DNA of 64,000 bases from an uncultured bacterium. GTDB lineage: Bacteria > Patescibacteriota > Minisyncoccia > Phycocordibacterales > CAIRYW01. Both the position numbers and the translations under genes were made by a program. The number at the start of each line of letters is the position of its first letter. The first letter of the stretch is position 1. Under the pieces are notes generated by a model that saw only the letters and a list, made by a program, of their open reading frames with translations, was not told the origin of the DNA and did not search any database. The stretch covers positions 22,014 to 86,013 of the forward strand of contig CAVYBO010000002.1 of NCBI GenBank assembly GCA_963766885.1, read 5' to 3'. This document shows positions 1-9,641 of the stretch, one piece after another.

Positions 1-2
1 AA

Positions 3-518
3 AACGTTTTCTGTGACAGTATCTCCCATTTCGTAGAGCACAATTTCACTAGGTTTTAGTTTTTTATTTGTCACTTCATAGGTATTTGATTTTGTTTCAA
101 TATGAACGCCAAAATTTTCTAGCGCATAAAAATGCGGAGTGACAGTGCGTTCGCCAAGTTTGCATCCGCCGGCGTAGGGAAGCGAGAATTTTTTGAATTG
201 GTGGACTAGCGGACCAATCATCATAATGACGCTTCGCGTGCGAGCCGCAGATTCTTTGTTTATTTTTTTGATATCAATTTTTGCGGGTTTTATAACTAAA
301 TCTTCGTTTTTCCAAACGACTGACATACCAATACTTTCAAGAGTTTCAATAATTCGAAAGACCTCTTCTATTTTCGGCATTTTTTTGAGAGTAGTGGTGC
401 CTTCGTTTAAAAGAGATGCGCACAAAAGAGAAACAGCTGCATTTTTGGACTTTTTTATTTCCACGGTGCCACTTAGTTTTCGTCCGCCTTCTATTTTGAA
501 ATTGAGAGTTTCCTTCAT
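3..518 (-). CDS. murA: UDP-N-acetylglucosamine 1-carboxyvinyltransferase (runs off the left edge)
   Basis: Not in the ORF track. Manual translation from ATG at 518 gives MKETLNFKIEGGRKLSGTVEIKKSKNAAVSLLCASLL...AGGCKLGERTV, with the MurA KNA and GGCxxG motifs. Confidence 0.9.
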   Translation of the reverse strand, partial: MKETLNFKIEGGRKLSGTVEIKKSKNAAVSLLCASLLNEGTTTLKKMPKIEEVFRIIETLESIGMSVVWKNEDLVIKPAKIDIKKINKESAARTRSVIMMIGPLVHQFKKFSLPYAGGCKLGERTVTPHFYALENFGVHIETKSNTYEVTNKKLKPSEIVLYEMGDTVTENV

Positions 519-627
519 AGTTTTTGCATTTAATTTTGTTTGAAAAGTCTAGCACAAACAAAGGTGCTTGTGCATATTGGCCTTGAAGAGTAAAATTCAA
601 ACACTTAAACATAAAATTAACTGAGAA

Positions 628-1641
628 ATGCCATTTTTTACTAAAAAACTAGGGATTGATTTGGGCACGGCAAACACGCTTGTTTTTTTGCCGGGCAAGG
701 GAATCGTCCTAAACGAGCCTTCTGTTGTGGCTGTTTCTGATGATGAGAAAAAAATTCTTGCGGTCGGTATTGAGGCCAAAGAAATGATTGGTAAAACTCC
801 AGACAATATAATCGCTTACCGTCCGTTAAAGGATGGAGTAATCGCAGATTATCGTGTGACAGAAGCAATGCTCAGATACTATATAGGTAAAGCTTTGGGT
901 AAATGGAATATTTGGCGACCGGAAGTAATGATTTCTGTGCCAGCCGGAGTGACTTCCACAGAAAGGCGCGCTGTCATTGAAGCTGCTATCAAAAGCGGTG
1001 CCAAAAATGCTTTTGTGGTCAAAGAGCCGATTCTTGCGGCAATCGGCGCAGGAATTTCTATTTATGAACCGCGCGGACATATGATTGTGGATATCGGCGG
1101 AGGCACCACAGACGTAGCTGTGATTTCTTTGGGAGGAATTGTTTCTTCAACATCGGTTAAATGCGCAGGCAACAAATTAGATGGAGCAATTGTTGACTAC
1201 ATGAAAAAAAATTACAATCTTTTGATTGGAGAAAAAACTGCAGAAGACATCAAAATCACAATCGGATCAGCAGTGCCAGTTGAAGAAGAAATTTCAATGC
1301 AGGTGAAAGGCAGGGATTGCATCACAGGTCTTCCAAGATCAATTGAAGTCAAAACAAACGAAGTTGTGCGGGCAATCGGCAAGGAACTCCGCGATATGAT
1401 TCAAGCCATCAAGGATGTGCTTCAAGAAACTCCTCCGGAACTTGCTTCCGACATTATTGACAAGGGAATTACTTTGACAGGCGGTTCATCGCAACTGCGA
1501 AATCTTGCGGAATTAGTTTTTAGGAGAACGGGCGTCAAAGCCACAGTTGCAGAAAATCCTTTGTACTGCGTGGCTTTGGGTACGGGAATTGCGCTTGAGC
1601 ATTTGGATACATATAAAAAGACAATCATTGCAAAAAAGTAA
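628..1641 (+). CDS. mreB: Rod shape-determining actin homolog MreB (paralog 1)
   Basis: GIDLGTANT, NEPSVVA, VDIGGGTTDVAVISLGG motifs. Confidence 0.95.
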   Translation: MPFFTKKLGIDLGTANTLVFLPGKGIVLNEPSVVAVSDDEKKILAVGIEAKEMIGKTPDNIIAYRPLKDGVIADYRVTEAMLRYYIGKALGKWNIWRPEVMISVPAGVTSTERRAVIEAAIKSGAKNAFVVKEPILAAIGAGISIYEPRGHMIVDIGGGTTDVAVISLGGIVSSTSVKCAGNKLDGAIVDYMKKNYNLLIGEKTAEDIKITIGSAVPVEEEISMQVKGRDCITGLPRSIEVKTNEVVRAIGKELRDMIQAIKDVLQETPPELASDIIDKGITLTGGSSQLRNLAELVFRRTGVKATVAENPLYCVALGTGIALEHLDTYKKTIIAKK

Positions 1642-2308
1642 ACAAGAAATTAATAGCAAGGATTCTCTTGGTCTGGGACACGCTCTGTTTTTTGCCGGAG
1701 ATTTTAGAAAAGATGCAGATTTTGTAATTAAATATTTTTCTTCGGGGTTAGATTTTGGAATTTCTGGAAATCCTGATATTTTGACTTTTTATAATGAAAA
1801 GCTTTCTGTGGAAGCTGCGCGAGAGATTAGAAGTTATGCCAATATGCTTCCAGTTAAAGAAAAAGAAATTCATATTATTGTCGGTTTTGGCTCTGCAACT
1901 CTGGAAGCTCAAAACGCGCTGCTCAAAGCTGTGGAAGAGCCGGGAATTGCCACAAAGTTTTATGTTATTGCTCCATCAATCAAGTCTTTGATTCCAACTC
2001 TTCAATCCAGACTTATTGAAGTAGAAAACTCAAACGAAAAAGAAGAGATTTTTGAAAAAGAAGTTAAAAGGTTTTTTGCTTCTACAAGCGGAGGAAGAAT
2101 AAAGATTGTGGAAAAAATCGCCGAAGATTTGAAGAACGAAAAAATTTCAAAAAGTGATATTCATATTTTCCTCAAAAAAATCAAAAACGAAGCGCTAAAA
2201 GATTACAAAAAAAACACAGATTTGCTTTCAAGTATTGCGGTGGCTGAAAAGTATCTAGAAAGTTCCAGTTCTGTAAAACAGATTTTGTCGTTGCTCGCTT
2301 TGTGTTAA
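1628..2308 (+). CDS. DNA polymerase III delta' (HolB)-like protein, short form
   Basis: EAQNALLKAVEEP and IPTLQSR clamp-loader motifs. The in-frame TTG at 1628 is preferred over 1547, which overlaps mreB heavily. Confidence 0.75.
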   Translation: MQKSKQEINSKDSLGLGHALFFAGDFRKDADFVIKYFSSGLDFGISGNPDILTFYNEKLSVEAAREIRSYANMLPVKEKEIHIIVGFGSATLEAQNALLKAVEEPGIATKFYVIAPSIKSLIPTLQSRLIEVENSNEKEEIFEKEVKRFFASTSGGRIKIVEKIAEDLKNEKISKSDIHIFLKKIKNEALKDYKKNTDLLSSIAVAEKYLESSSSVKQILSLLALC

Positions 2309-2317
2309 AATAACTTT

Positions 2318-2866
2318 ATGCAAGATAATCAAAACCTGAAACAATCCATAAAAGGCATTGAAGAATGGCTGACCAAGGAATTTGGCGGTATTCGCACAGG
2401 CAGGGCAACGCCTTCAATTTTGGATAGTGTCAAAGTAGAAAGCTATGGAAGTATGATGAAAATTCACGAAGTTGCGTCTGTAGCTTCTGAAGATCCTCGA
2501 ACGCTACGAATTGCTCCTTGGGACGCTCAGAATATTAAGTCAATTGAAAAAGCAATAATTTCTTCAAATCTTGGGGTTTCTGTGGCAGTGGATGAAAAAG
2601 GTCTCAGGGTTTCATTTCCTCCGATGACTTCAGAATCCAGAACTCAGTTTTCCAAAATCGCAAAGCAGAAACTTGAGGAAGCCAAAATCAAACTTCGCGC
2701 GGAGAGGAACAAAATTATTGACCATATGGAGAAAAGAAAAAAGGAAGGAGAACTTAGCGAAGACACGATGACAAGACAAAAAAACGAAGTAGAGAAAATA
2801 ATCAAAGAAGCAACTGAGAGTTTTGAAAAACATTATCAGAAAAAGGAAGCGGAGATTTTAGGATAA
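2318..2866 (+). CDS. frr: Ribosome recycling factor
   Basis: IRTGRATPSILD, IAPWD, IEKAI motifs. Confidence 0.95.
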   Translation: MQDNQNLKQSIKGIEEWLTKEFGGIRTGRATPSILDSVKVESYGSMMKIHEVASVASEDPRTLRIAPWDAQNIKSIEKAIISSNLGVSVAVDEKGLRVSFPPMTSESRTQFSKIAKQKLEEAKIKLRAERNKIIDHMEKRKKEGELSEDTMTRQKNEVEKIIKEATESFEKHYQKKEAEILG

Positions 2867-2873
2867 AAATATA

Positions 2874-3962
2874 ATGGAAGTCATTATATTTCTTATAATA
2901 ATCACGGCGCTTGTTTTTGCCCACGAGTTGGGGCATTTTTTGATTGCAAAACTTTTCAAAATGAGAGTGGATGAATTTGCTATTGGATTTCCTCCAAGAC
3001 TTTTGTCTTTTAAAGCTGGCGGCACAGTTTATTCAATCAATTTGTTGCCGCTTGGAGGGTTTGTCAAAATTTTTGGCGAGAATCACGAAGATGTGGAAGA
3101 AAATACAGGTGATGGATTTTCTTCAAAGCCAAGATATGCGCAAGTGCTGGTTTTAATTGCCGGAATTGTTTTTAATATTTTGTTTGCTTGGGTTTTGTTT
3201 TCTACGGCATTGATTGTCGGTGCTCCGGCGCAGGCAGATTTAGGAAGCAAAGGCGCAGAGCTTATGATTTCTGATGTTTTGTCTGGGTCTCCGGCAGAAA
3301 TTGCAGGTATAAAATCAGGCGATGTTGTTAAATCCATAAATGTTTCAGGCTCTTCAAAAATTGTTTCCAATCCATCAACAGACGATATAAAAAATGTTTT
3401 ATCTGGCTCCAATGGTAAAGAAATTGATTTGGATATAGTCAGAAACGGCAAAGATTTGAATTTAAAAATTGAGCCGACCAAAACTCTTTCTGCGGAAAAA
3501 GGTAATTTTGCAATAGGGATTGAGATGATAGAAGTTTCTGTTAAAAAATTAGGATTTTTTCCTTCTATTGTTCAGGGAGGGCAGGCAACTATTAATACTG
3601 TAGAGACGACAACGGTGAGCATTTGGGGATTTTTGGCAGAGGCAATTCATGCCAAAGCAGATTTGAGCCAAGTTTCCGGACCTGTTGGAATTGTTTCAAT
3701 TGTTGGCAGTGCTGCTCAGTTTGGATTTGGTTATCTTTTATCTTTTTCCGCCGTCATTTCCATAAACCTTGCTGTAATAAACTTGATCCCGTTTCCGGCG
3801 CTTGATGGAGGGAGAATTTTTATTGTCATCATCGAAGCCATCCGAAGAAAATCAATCAACGCAAATATCACAAACATCATAAATATGGTTGGATTTTTCA
3901 TATTAATTGCATTTATGATTGTCATAACCTACTCCGATTTGAGCCGTATTTTCGGGTGGTAA
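2874..3962 (+). CDS. rseP: RIP metalloprotease RseP (site-2 protease with PDZ)
   Basis: HELGH zinc motif, PDZ-like segment, NLIPFPALDGG. Confidence 0.93.
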   Translation: MEVIIFLIIITALVFAHELGHFLIAKLFKMRVDEFAIGFPPRLLSFKAGGTVYSINLLPLGGFVKIFGENHEDVEENTGDGFSSKPRYAQVLVLIAGIVFNILFAWVLFSTALIVGAPAQADLGSKGAELMISDVLSGSPAEIAGIKSGDVVKSINVSGSSKIVSNPSTDDIKNVLSGSNGKEIDLDIVRNGKDLNLKIEPTKTLSAEKGNFAIGIEMIEVSVKKLGFFPSIVQGGQATINTVETTTVSIWGFLAEAIHAKADLSQVSGPVGIVSIVGSAAQFGFGYLLSFSAVISINLAVINLIPFPALDGGRIFIVIIEAIRRKSINANITNIINMVGFFILIAFMIVITYSDLSRIFGW

Positions 3963-3994
3963 AAATCACACCTACACTGTAATTTGTGTCAATT

Positions 3995-4023
3995 TTGACC
4001 GGAGTTTTCTTTTAAAGTAGAAT
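3995..4023 (+). promoter_or_regulatory. sigma70-type promoter of proS
   Basis: TTGACC-17 nt-TAGAAT, 12 nt before ATG 4036. Confidence 0.6.
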
Positions 4024-4035
4024 GTCCTGACAAAA

Positions 4036-5266
4036 ATGAGACAATCTAAGCTATTTTCAAAAACACGATTTGAAGCTCCAAAAGACGAGCAATCAAAAAA
4101 CGCCGAGCTTTTGATTCGCTCCGGTTTTATTCACAAAGATATGGCAGGTGTTTATTCTTTCTTGCCTTTAGGACTGAAAGGTTTTAGAAAACATTCGCAA
4201 AATTATCCGCGAGGAAATGAACGCAATCGGAGCGCTAGAGGTTTCCTTGTCTTCGCTTCAGAGCAAAGAACTTTGGGAAAAGACAAACAGATGGAGTGAT
4301 GACGTGGTGGATAATTGGTTTAAGACAACACTCAAAAACGGCACAGAGCTTGGACTTGCTTTTACTCACGAAGAAGCGCTGACAAATATAATGACGGAAT
4401 ATATAAAAAGTTACCGCGATTTGCCGGTTTATGCATATCAATTTCAGACAAAATTCAGAAATGAACTTCGCGCCAAAAGCGGAATTTTGCGAGCCAGGGA
4501 ATTTTTGATGAAGGATCTTTACTCTTTTGATACAGATAAAGAAAAACATGAAATATTTTATGAAAAAGCCAAAGAAGCATACAAAAGAATTTTTGAGCGG
4601 GTAGGCATCGGAGATTCAACTTATCTGACATTTGCTTCAGGAGGCACTTTTGCCAAATTTTCCCATGAATTCCAGACCCTAACTTCTGCGGGAGAAGACA
4701 TTATTTATGTCGATAAGAAGAAGAAAATCGCTATAAATCAGGAGGTTTTGGATGATGAAGTGCTTGATGAGCTTGGACTTGACAGGGTAGAGCTGGTGGA
4801 AGAAAAAGCGGTTGAAGTTGGCAATATTTTTTCTTTGGCGTATAAATACTCTGAGGCGCTTGATCTTAAGTATCTGGATCAAAAAGGCGAAGCTAGACCT
4901 GTATTTATGGGTAGTTATGGAATCGGCCTAGGCAGATTGATGGGCGCTGTGGCAGAGATTTTTGGCAAAGAAGAAAGCATGGTTTGGCCGGAGGAGTTAT
5001 CGCCATTCAAACTGCATTTGATTTGTCTTTCAATGGGTGATGAAGAAGTTTCAAAAGTAAGCGAAAAAATATATAAAGAGTTGATTGAAGCGGGAATGGA
5101 AGTGCTTTTTGACGATAGAGATTTGAGGGCAGGAGAAAAATTGGCAGATGCTGATTTGATAGGAATTCCGATAAGAATTATTTCAAGCAAAAAAACAATG
5201 GAGAAAAACACTTTTGAAATCAAAGATGCCAAAACAGAAGAGATTAATTATTTGGACTGCAAATGA
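4036..5266 (+). CDS. proS: Proline--tRNA ligase (short type), split by a +1 frameshift near 4177-4181
   Basis: 4036..4299 gives the ProRS N-terminus (MRQSKLF...AGVYSFLPLG). 4217..5266 gives the rest (THEE, QFQTKFRNELR, REFLMKDLYSF, MGSYGIG, DADLIGIP). Removing one base in CTGAAAGGTT restores GLKVLENIRKIIREEM. Confidence 0.9.
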
Positions 5267-5292
5267 AATCATAAAAAAATACAGCAACAAAT

Positions 5293-6354
5293 ATGGCAAA
5301 ACTTAAAGACAGAATTTTTGGAAGATTTTCAAACGATATCGGTATAGATTTGGGTACAGCAAACACTCTGGTCTGGATGAAAGGCGAAGGAATTGTTGTT
5401 AACGAACCATCTGTGGTTGCTTTGAATCAAAAAACTGGCCAGGTTGTGGCAGTCGGGCAAGCGGCAAAGGATATGATAGGCAGGACTCCAGGGCACATTG
5501 TGGCTGTAAGGCCTGTTGTTGAAGGGGTGATTTCTGATTTTGAAGTATGTGAAGAAATGCTTAATTATTTGATAAATAAAGCCAGTGAGAAAAAGCCAAA
5601 GTGGCTTGGTCCAAGAGTGGTCATTGGAGTGCCATCCGGAATAACCAATGTTGAAAGAAGGGCCGTCAAAGATGCTGCCAAAAACGCTGGCGCAAGAGAA
5701 GTGTATATTATTGAAGAGCCGATGGCTGGAGCAATCGGCATCGGACTTCCTATAAAAGATCCACTCGGAAGCATGGTTATAGATATCGGCGGCGGCACCA
5801 CGGATGTGGCGGTTATTTCTTTGGGTGGACTTGTCCATTCGCGTAACATAAAAATTGCGGGCGATAAATTAAACAACGATATAATTTCTTATTTAAGAAA
5901 TGAGTTTAAAATTCTTATTGGAGAAAAAACAGCGGAGGATATAAAAATAAACGTTGGCAATGCTTCTAATATAGATTCTCCGATGGAAATTATGGTTCGT
6001 GGACGTGACCTTATTACAGGACTTCCTCGCGAGGTTGTGGTTACTGACAACGATGTCAAAGAAGCTATAGGTCTTTCTATAGACACCCTGATTGAATCAA
6101 TCAAAGAAGTGATCGAAATTACACCTCCAGAAGTGGTTTCCGATCTTATGTATAAAGGCATTTATGTGATCGGTGGCGGGGCGCTGCTACGCGGACTGAA
6201 AGAACTTCTTGAAGAAAGTCTTAAAATGCCGATACATGTTGCCGATGATCCGCTTACTGCTGTCGTCAGAGGCACGGGCGCAGTGCTTTCTGATATCGAT
6301 AGTTTTAAGGATGCTTTGATACAAAAGGAGGATGAAATGCCTTTCATTCAATAA
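5293..6354 (+). CDS. mreB: MreB (paralog 2, head of mreBCD-pbp2 operon)
   Basis: GIDLGTANT and IDIGGGTTDVAVISLGG motifs; directly followed by mreC. Confidence 0.95.
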   Translation: MAKLKDRIFGRFSNDIGIDLGTANTLVWMKGEGIVVNEPSVVALNQKTGQVVAVGQAAKDMIGRTPGHIVAVRPVVEGVISDFEVCEEMLNYLINKASEKKPKWLGPRVVIGVPSGITNVERRAVKDAAKNAGAREVYIIEEPMAGAIGIGLPIKDPLGSMVIDIGGGTTDVAVISLGGLVHSRNIKIAGDKLNNDIISYLRNEFKILIGEKTAEDIKINVGNASNIDSPMEIMVRGRDLITGLPREVVVTDNDVKEAIGLSIDTLIESIKEVIEITPPEVVSDLMYKGIYVIGGGALLRGLKELLEESLKMPIHVADDPLTAVVRGTGAVLSDIDSFKDALIQKEDEMPFIQ

Positions 6355-6357
6355 AAA

Positions 6358-7101
6358 ATGATGAAAAGAAATAACGAGAGCGGTTTGCTCAAATTTGCTG
6401 TTAAGATTTTTGTTTTGGGAATTATTGTGATAGCGCTGCTTTTTCCTTTTAGTGAATTGTTAAAAAAATGGTCGCTTGAAGGAAAGAATTTTACAAATAA
6501 TTTTCCGGGAATGTCTTTTTTTTACAGCAAAGCCTTTCTTTATAAGCAAAATCAGAATTTAGAGAATCAGGTGGCCGTTCTTCAAACACAGGTTTCCGAC
6601 AGGAAACTTTTAGAAGACAAACTCCAGGATTTTTCAAGTTTTGAAAAAGTTTCTGCTGGTTCATTGGCGGCTGAGGTTCTTACTACGCCAGGCAGTTCAA
6701 TTTATGATGTTCTTACGATTTCTGCAGGAAGCGATCAGTCTGTCAAACAGGGAGATATTATTTATTCTGGCAATACCAAAATCGGCTTTATATCAAAAGT
6801 ATTCAGCAATATTTCCGAAGCTACGCTTTTTTCTTCTCCAGGAGAAAAAATCAGTGCAACAATTTATCCTGAAGGCATAACTTTGGATATTGACGGTATT
6901 GGCGGAGGTCTTTTTGAGGCGCTTTTACCCAAGGGTCAGAATATAGATGTTGGAGATTTGGCAGTCGATTTGAAAAATAAACAAGTTATGGGCATAATAG
7001 AAAGCGTTTCTGCCGGAGGAAATAACTCGTTTAACAAACTTATAATAAGGACTCCCGTGAATCCTTTTGAATTAAAATGGGTATCAGTAGCGATAAAATA
7101 A
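6358..7101 (+). CDS. mreC: Rod shape-determining protein MreC
   Basis: N-terminal TM, coiled coil (NQNLENQVAVL), beta-rich C-terminus; position after mreB. Confidence 0.8.
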   Translation: MMKRNNESGLLKFAVKIFVLGIIVIALLFPFSELLKKWSLEGKNFTNNFPGMSFFYSKAFLYKQNQNLENQVAVLQTQVSDRKLLEDKLQDFSSFEKVSAGSLAAEVLTTPGSSIYDVLTISAGSDQSVKQGDIIYSGNTKIGFISKVFSNISEATLFSSPGEKISATIYPEGITLDIDGIGGGLFEALLPKGQNIDVGDLAVDLKNKQVMGIIESVSAGGNNSFNKLIIRTPVNPFELKWVSVAIK

Positions 7102-7349
7102 TTTGGAGCTTAAGCGCTTTTGTTGCGGCTATGCTGTCAGTATTTTTTTTGCCGTGGTATATTTCTATTTTTTTTCTTATAATTCTCATCTTATCAGGAT
7201 ATAACGCTATTTCAATAATAACAGCCGTTCTCTTGGATAATTTATACGGACAGGGATCAGTATTGCAAGAGCATTTGTTCTTCTTGGCGACGTTTATTTT
7301 CTTGCTTATTGTTTTTGTAGTAAAAAAAAATCTAAGGTGGTTAAATTAA
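7077..7349 (+). CDS. Small membrane protein at the MreD position
   Basis: About 3 hydrophobic helices, between mreC and pbp2. Confidence 0.55.
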   Translation: MGISSDKIIWSLSAFVAAMLSVFFLPWYISIFFLIILILSGYNAISIITAVLLDNLYGQGSVLQEHLFFLATFIFLLIVFVVKKNLRWLN

Positions 7350-9068
7350 ATGTTTGGCAGAAAAAGAACTAGAAAGAAAAAAAGCAACGGAAATATTGAT
7401 CCTGATGAAATATTCCTAGATTCATCCAATCTTCCTCAGTTTGATAAGCAGCAATTTGAGGGAAGAATTGAAAGGCCGATTGGAAAAAAAACTTTTTTTA
7501 TTTTAGGATTTTTTTTGGCCTTGATTTTTTTTGTTATTTCTATAAGAGCCTTTGATTTAGATGTGCTTAATTTTTCTTTTTACAGCCAAAAGAGCGCCAA
7601 TAATAGGCTCCGAAAGGACACGGTGTTTGCTTATCGCGGAGTTGTCACTGACAGAAACGGAGTTCCCCTGGCATGGAATGATCCGTCTTCAGGCGGACCG
7701 TTTCCTTTGAGAAAATATACAAGTGCCCCGGGATTTTCTCTACTTTTGGGATTTGTAAGATATCCGCGCAAAGATTCATCGGGCTTTTATTATGATAATG
7801 AAATTTCTGGACAAGACGGGATAGAGAAATATTTTGATAGTCAGCTTGCTGGACAAAACGGAGTCAAACTAACGGAAGTTGATTCTGCCGGCAAAACTGT
7901 TTCTCAAAGTGTTTTGAATCAGCCAAAAAATGGCGATAATATAAAGTTGTCTATTGATGCTGGGATTCAAGAACAACTTTTTAATTCCATCAAAAGCGCG
8001 GTTGATAAGGATGGTTTTTTAGGCGGAGCAGCGGTCATAATGGACGCAAAGACTGGGGAAGTTATCGCCATTACTTCATATCCTGAATATAGCTCGCAGG
8101 TTATGACTGATGCAACCGATACACCCCTGATAGATTCATATCTTAAAGAATCAGGAAATCCTTTTTTGAATATGGCGGTTTACGGACTTTTTGCTCCGGG
8201 CTCAACTATCAAGCCATATCTTGCTACCGCAGCTTTGAAAGAGGGTACGATTGATCCTTCCAAAAAGATTTTGAGTACCGGAGAACTTGTGGTTCCAAAT
8301 CCTTACGATCCATCAAAGCCAAATATTTTCAAAGACTGGAAAGTGAACGGCTGGACAAATATGGAGCAGGCTTTGGCTGTCTCTTCTGATGTGTATTTCT
8401 ATGAACTCGGAGGAGGATATAAAGATCAAGTTGGTTTGGGTATTTCAAGGATTGATGAATATTTAAATGATTATTTATTCGGAACACCCACTCAAGGATT
8501 TTTTGCAGGCCCAACAGGCAATATTTCAAGTCCGGAGTGGAAGGAAAAAAATTTTGATGGAGCAAGCTGGCTTTTGGGAGACACTTATCACACGGCGATA
8601 GGCCAATATGGCACAACTGTGACACCTCTTCAGCTTGCAAGGGCGCTGACTGGAATTGTTAATAATGGAACTATTCTTGAGCCTGTAATTTTGAAAGGAC
8701 AAGTTGGACAAAAAACAAATCTTCCGAATATTTCAGCTAGCGATTTTCAGGTGGTCAAAGACGGAATGAGGCTTGCTGTAACAAGCGGTACAGGAATTGC
8801 ATTAAATATACCAGGTGTGGAAGTTGCCGCTAAAACAGGAACAGCCCAGTTGGGATTGAATAACGAGTATGTTCATTCTTGGGTTGAAGGGTTTTTTCCA
8901 TACAACAATCCGAGGTATACTTTCGCCCTTATTCTTGAAAGTGGCCCAGATTCTTATCAGGTCAGCTCTATGAGAGCAATGAGCAATACTATAAGCTGGA
9001 TAGTCAAAAATGAGCCTAATTATTTAGGTAATTCTAGTACCACAACAGCCACTACAACCACTGTTTAA
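7350..9068 (+). CDS. mrdA: Penicillin-binding protein 2 (class B transpeptidase)
   Basis: PGSTIK (SxxK), SSD (SxD) and KTGTAQ motifs; mre operon context. Confidence 0.9.
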   Translation: MFGRKRTRKKKSNGNIDPDEIFLDSSNLPQFDKQQFEGRIERPIGKKTFFILGFFLALIFFVISIRAFDLDVLNFSFYSQKSANNRLRKDTVFAYRGVVTDRNGVPLAWNDPSSGGPFPLRKYTSAPGFSLLLGFVRYPRKDSSGFYYDNEISGQDGIEKYFDSQLAGQNGVKLTEVDSAGKTVSQSVLNQPKNGDNIKLSIDAGIQEQLFNSIKSAVDKDGFLGGAAVIMDAKTGEVIAITSYPEYSSQVMTDATDTPLIDSYLKESGNPFLNMAVYGLFAPGSTIKPYLATAALKEGTIDPSKKILSTGELVVPNPYDPSKPNIFKDWKVNGWTNMEQALAVSSDVYFYELGGGYKDQVGLGISRIDEYLNDYLFGTPTQGFFAGPTGNISSPEWKEKNFDGASWLLGDTYHTAIGQYGTTVTPLQLARALTGIVNNGTILEPVILKGQVGQKTNLPNISASDFQVVKDGMRLAVTSGTGIALNIPGVEVAAKTGTAQLGLNNEYVHSWVEGFFPYNNPRYTFALILESGPDSYQVSSMRAMSNTISWIVKNEPNYLGNSSTTTATTTTV

Positions 9069-9073
9069 AGGAA

Positions 9074-9102
9074 TTGACTTTTGTTATCCCAAATTGTATT
9101 AT
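9074..9102 (+). promoter_or_regulatory. sigma70-type promoter of greA
   Basis: TTGACT-17 nt-TATTAT. Confidence 0.65.
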
Positions 9103-9158
9103 TGAGGCGCGCGAAAAAGCGCATTTTTTAAAATCCTTTTTCAATTTAGCGCAAATTT

Positions 9159-9626
9159 ATGGCAGAAAAAAAAGAATATCTCACAAAAGAAAAACAAAAG
9201 GAACTAACAGACGAGCTTGATTACTTGAAAAAAACAAAAAGACGGGAAATCGCTGATAATTTGGAGTACGCAAAATCTATGGGAGATCTTTCCGAAAATG
9301 CGGAATACCAGGAGGCAAGAGAACAGCAAGCAGAAGTTGAAGAAAGAATTGAAAAGCTTGAGCAGATACTTTCTCATGCCGAAATTTTACCGGAACACCG
9401 TGGAAGTCTTGCTGGCGTGGGAGCCACAATTACCATTGAAAAGGTTTCTGATAAATCAGAAAAAACGTATCAAATTGTAGGTTCTGAAGAAGCCGATATT
9501 TCAAAAGGTAAAATTTCAAATGAATCTCCGCTTGGCAAAGCTCTTATCGGCAAGAAAAAAGGTGAAGTTTTTGAATTTTCCACACCAAGCGGCAAAGTCT
9601 CATATAAAGTTGTAGACGTTAAGTAA
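9159..9626 (+). CDS. greA: Transcription elongation factor GreA
   Basis: GDLSENAEY and ISNESPLGKALIG motifs. Confidence 0.96.
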   Translation: MAEKKEYLTKEKQKELTDELDYLKKTKRREIADNLEYAKSMGDLSENAEYQEAREQQAEVEERIEKLEQILSHAEILPEHRGSLAGVGATITIEKVSDKSEKTYQIVGSEEADISKGKISNESPLGKALIGKKKGEVFEFSTPSGKVSYKVVDVK

Positions 9627-9641
9627 TGTTATTATATTGCT

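Noticed and set aside
628-6354. Two mreB paralogs within 6 kb
   Set aside because: Multiple MreB paralogs are common, so this is not novel by itself.
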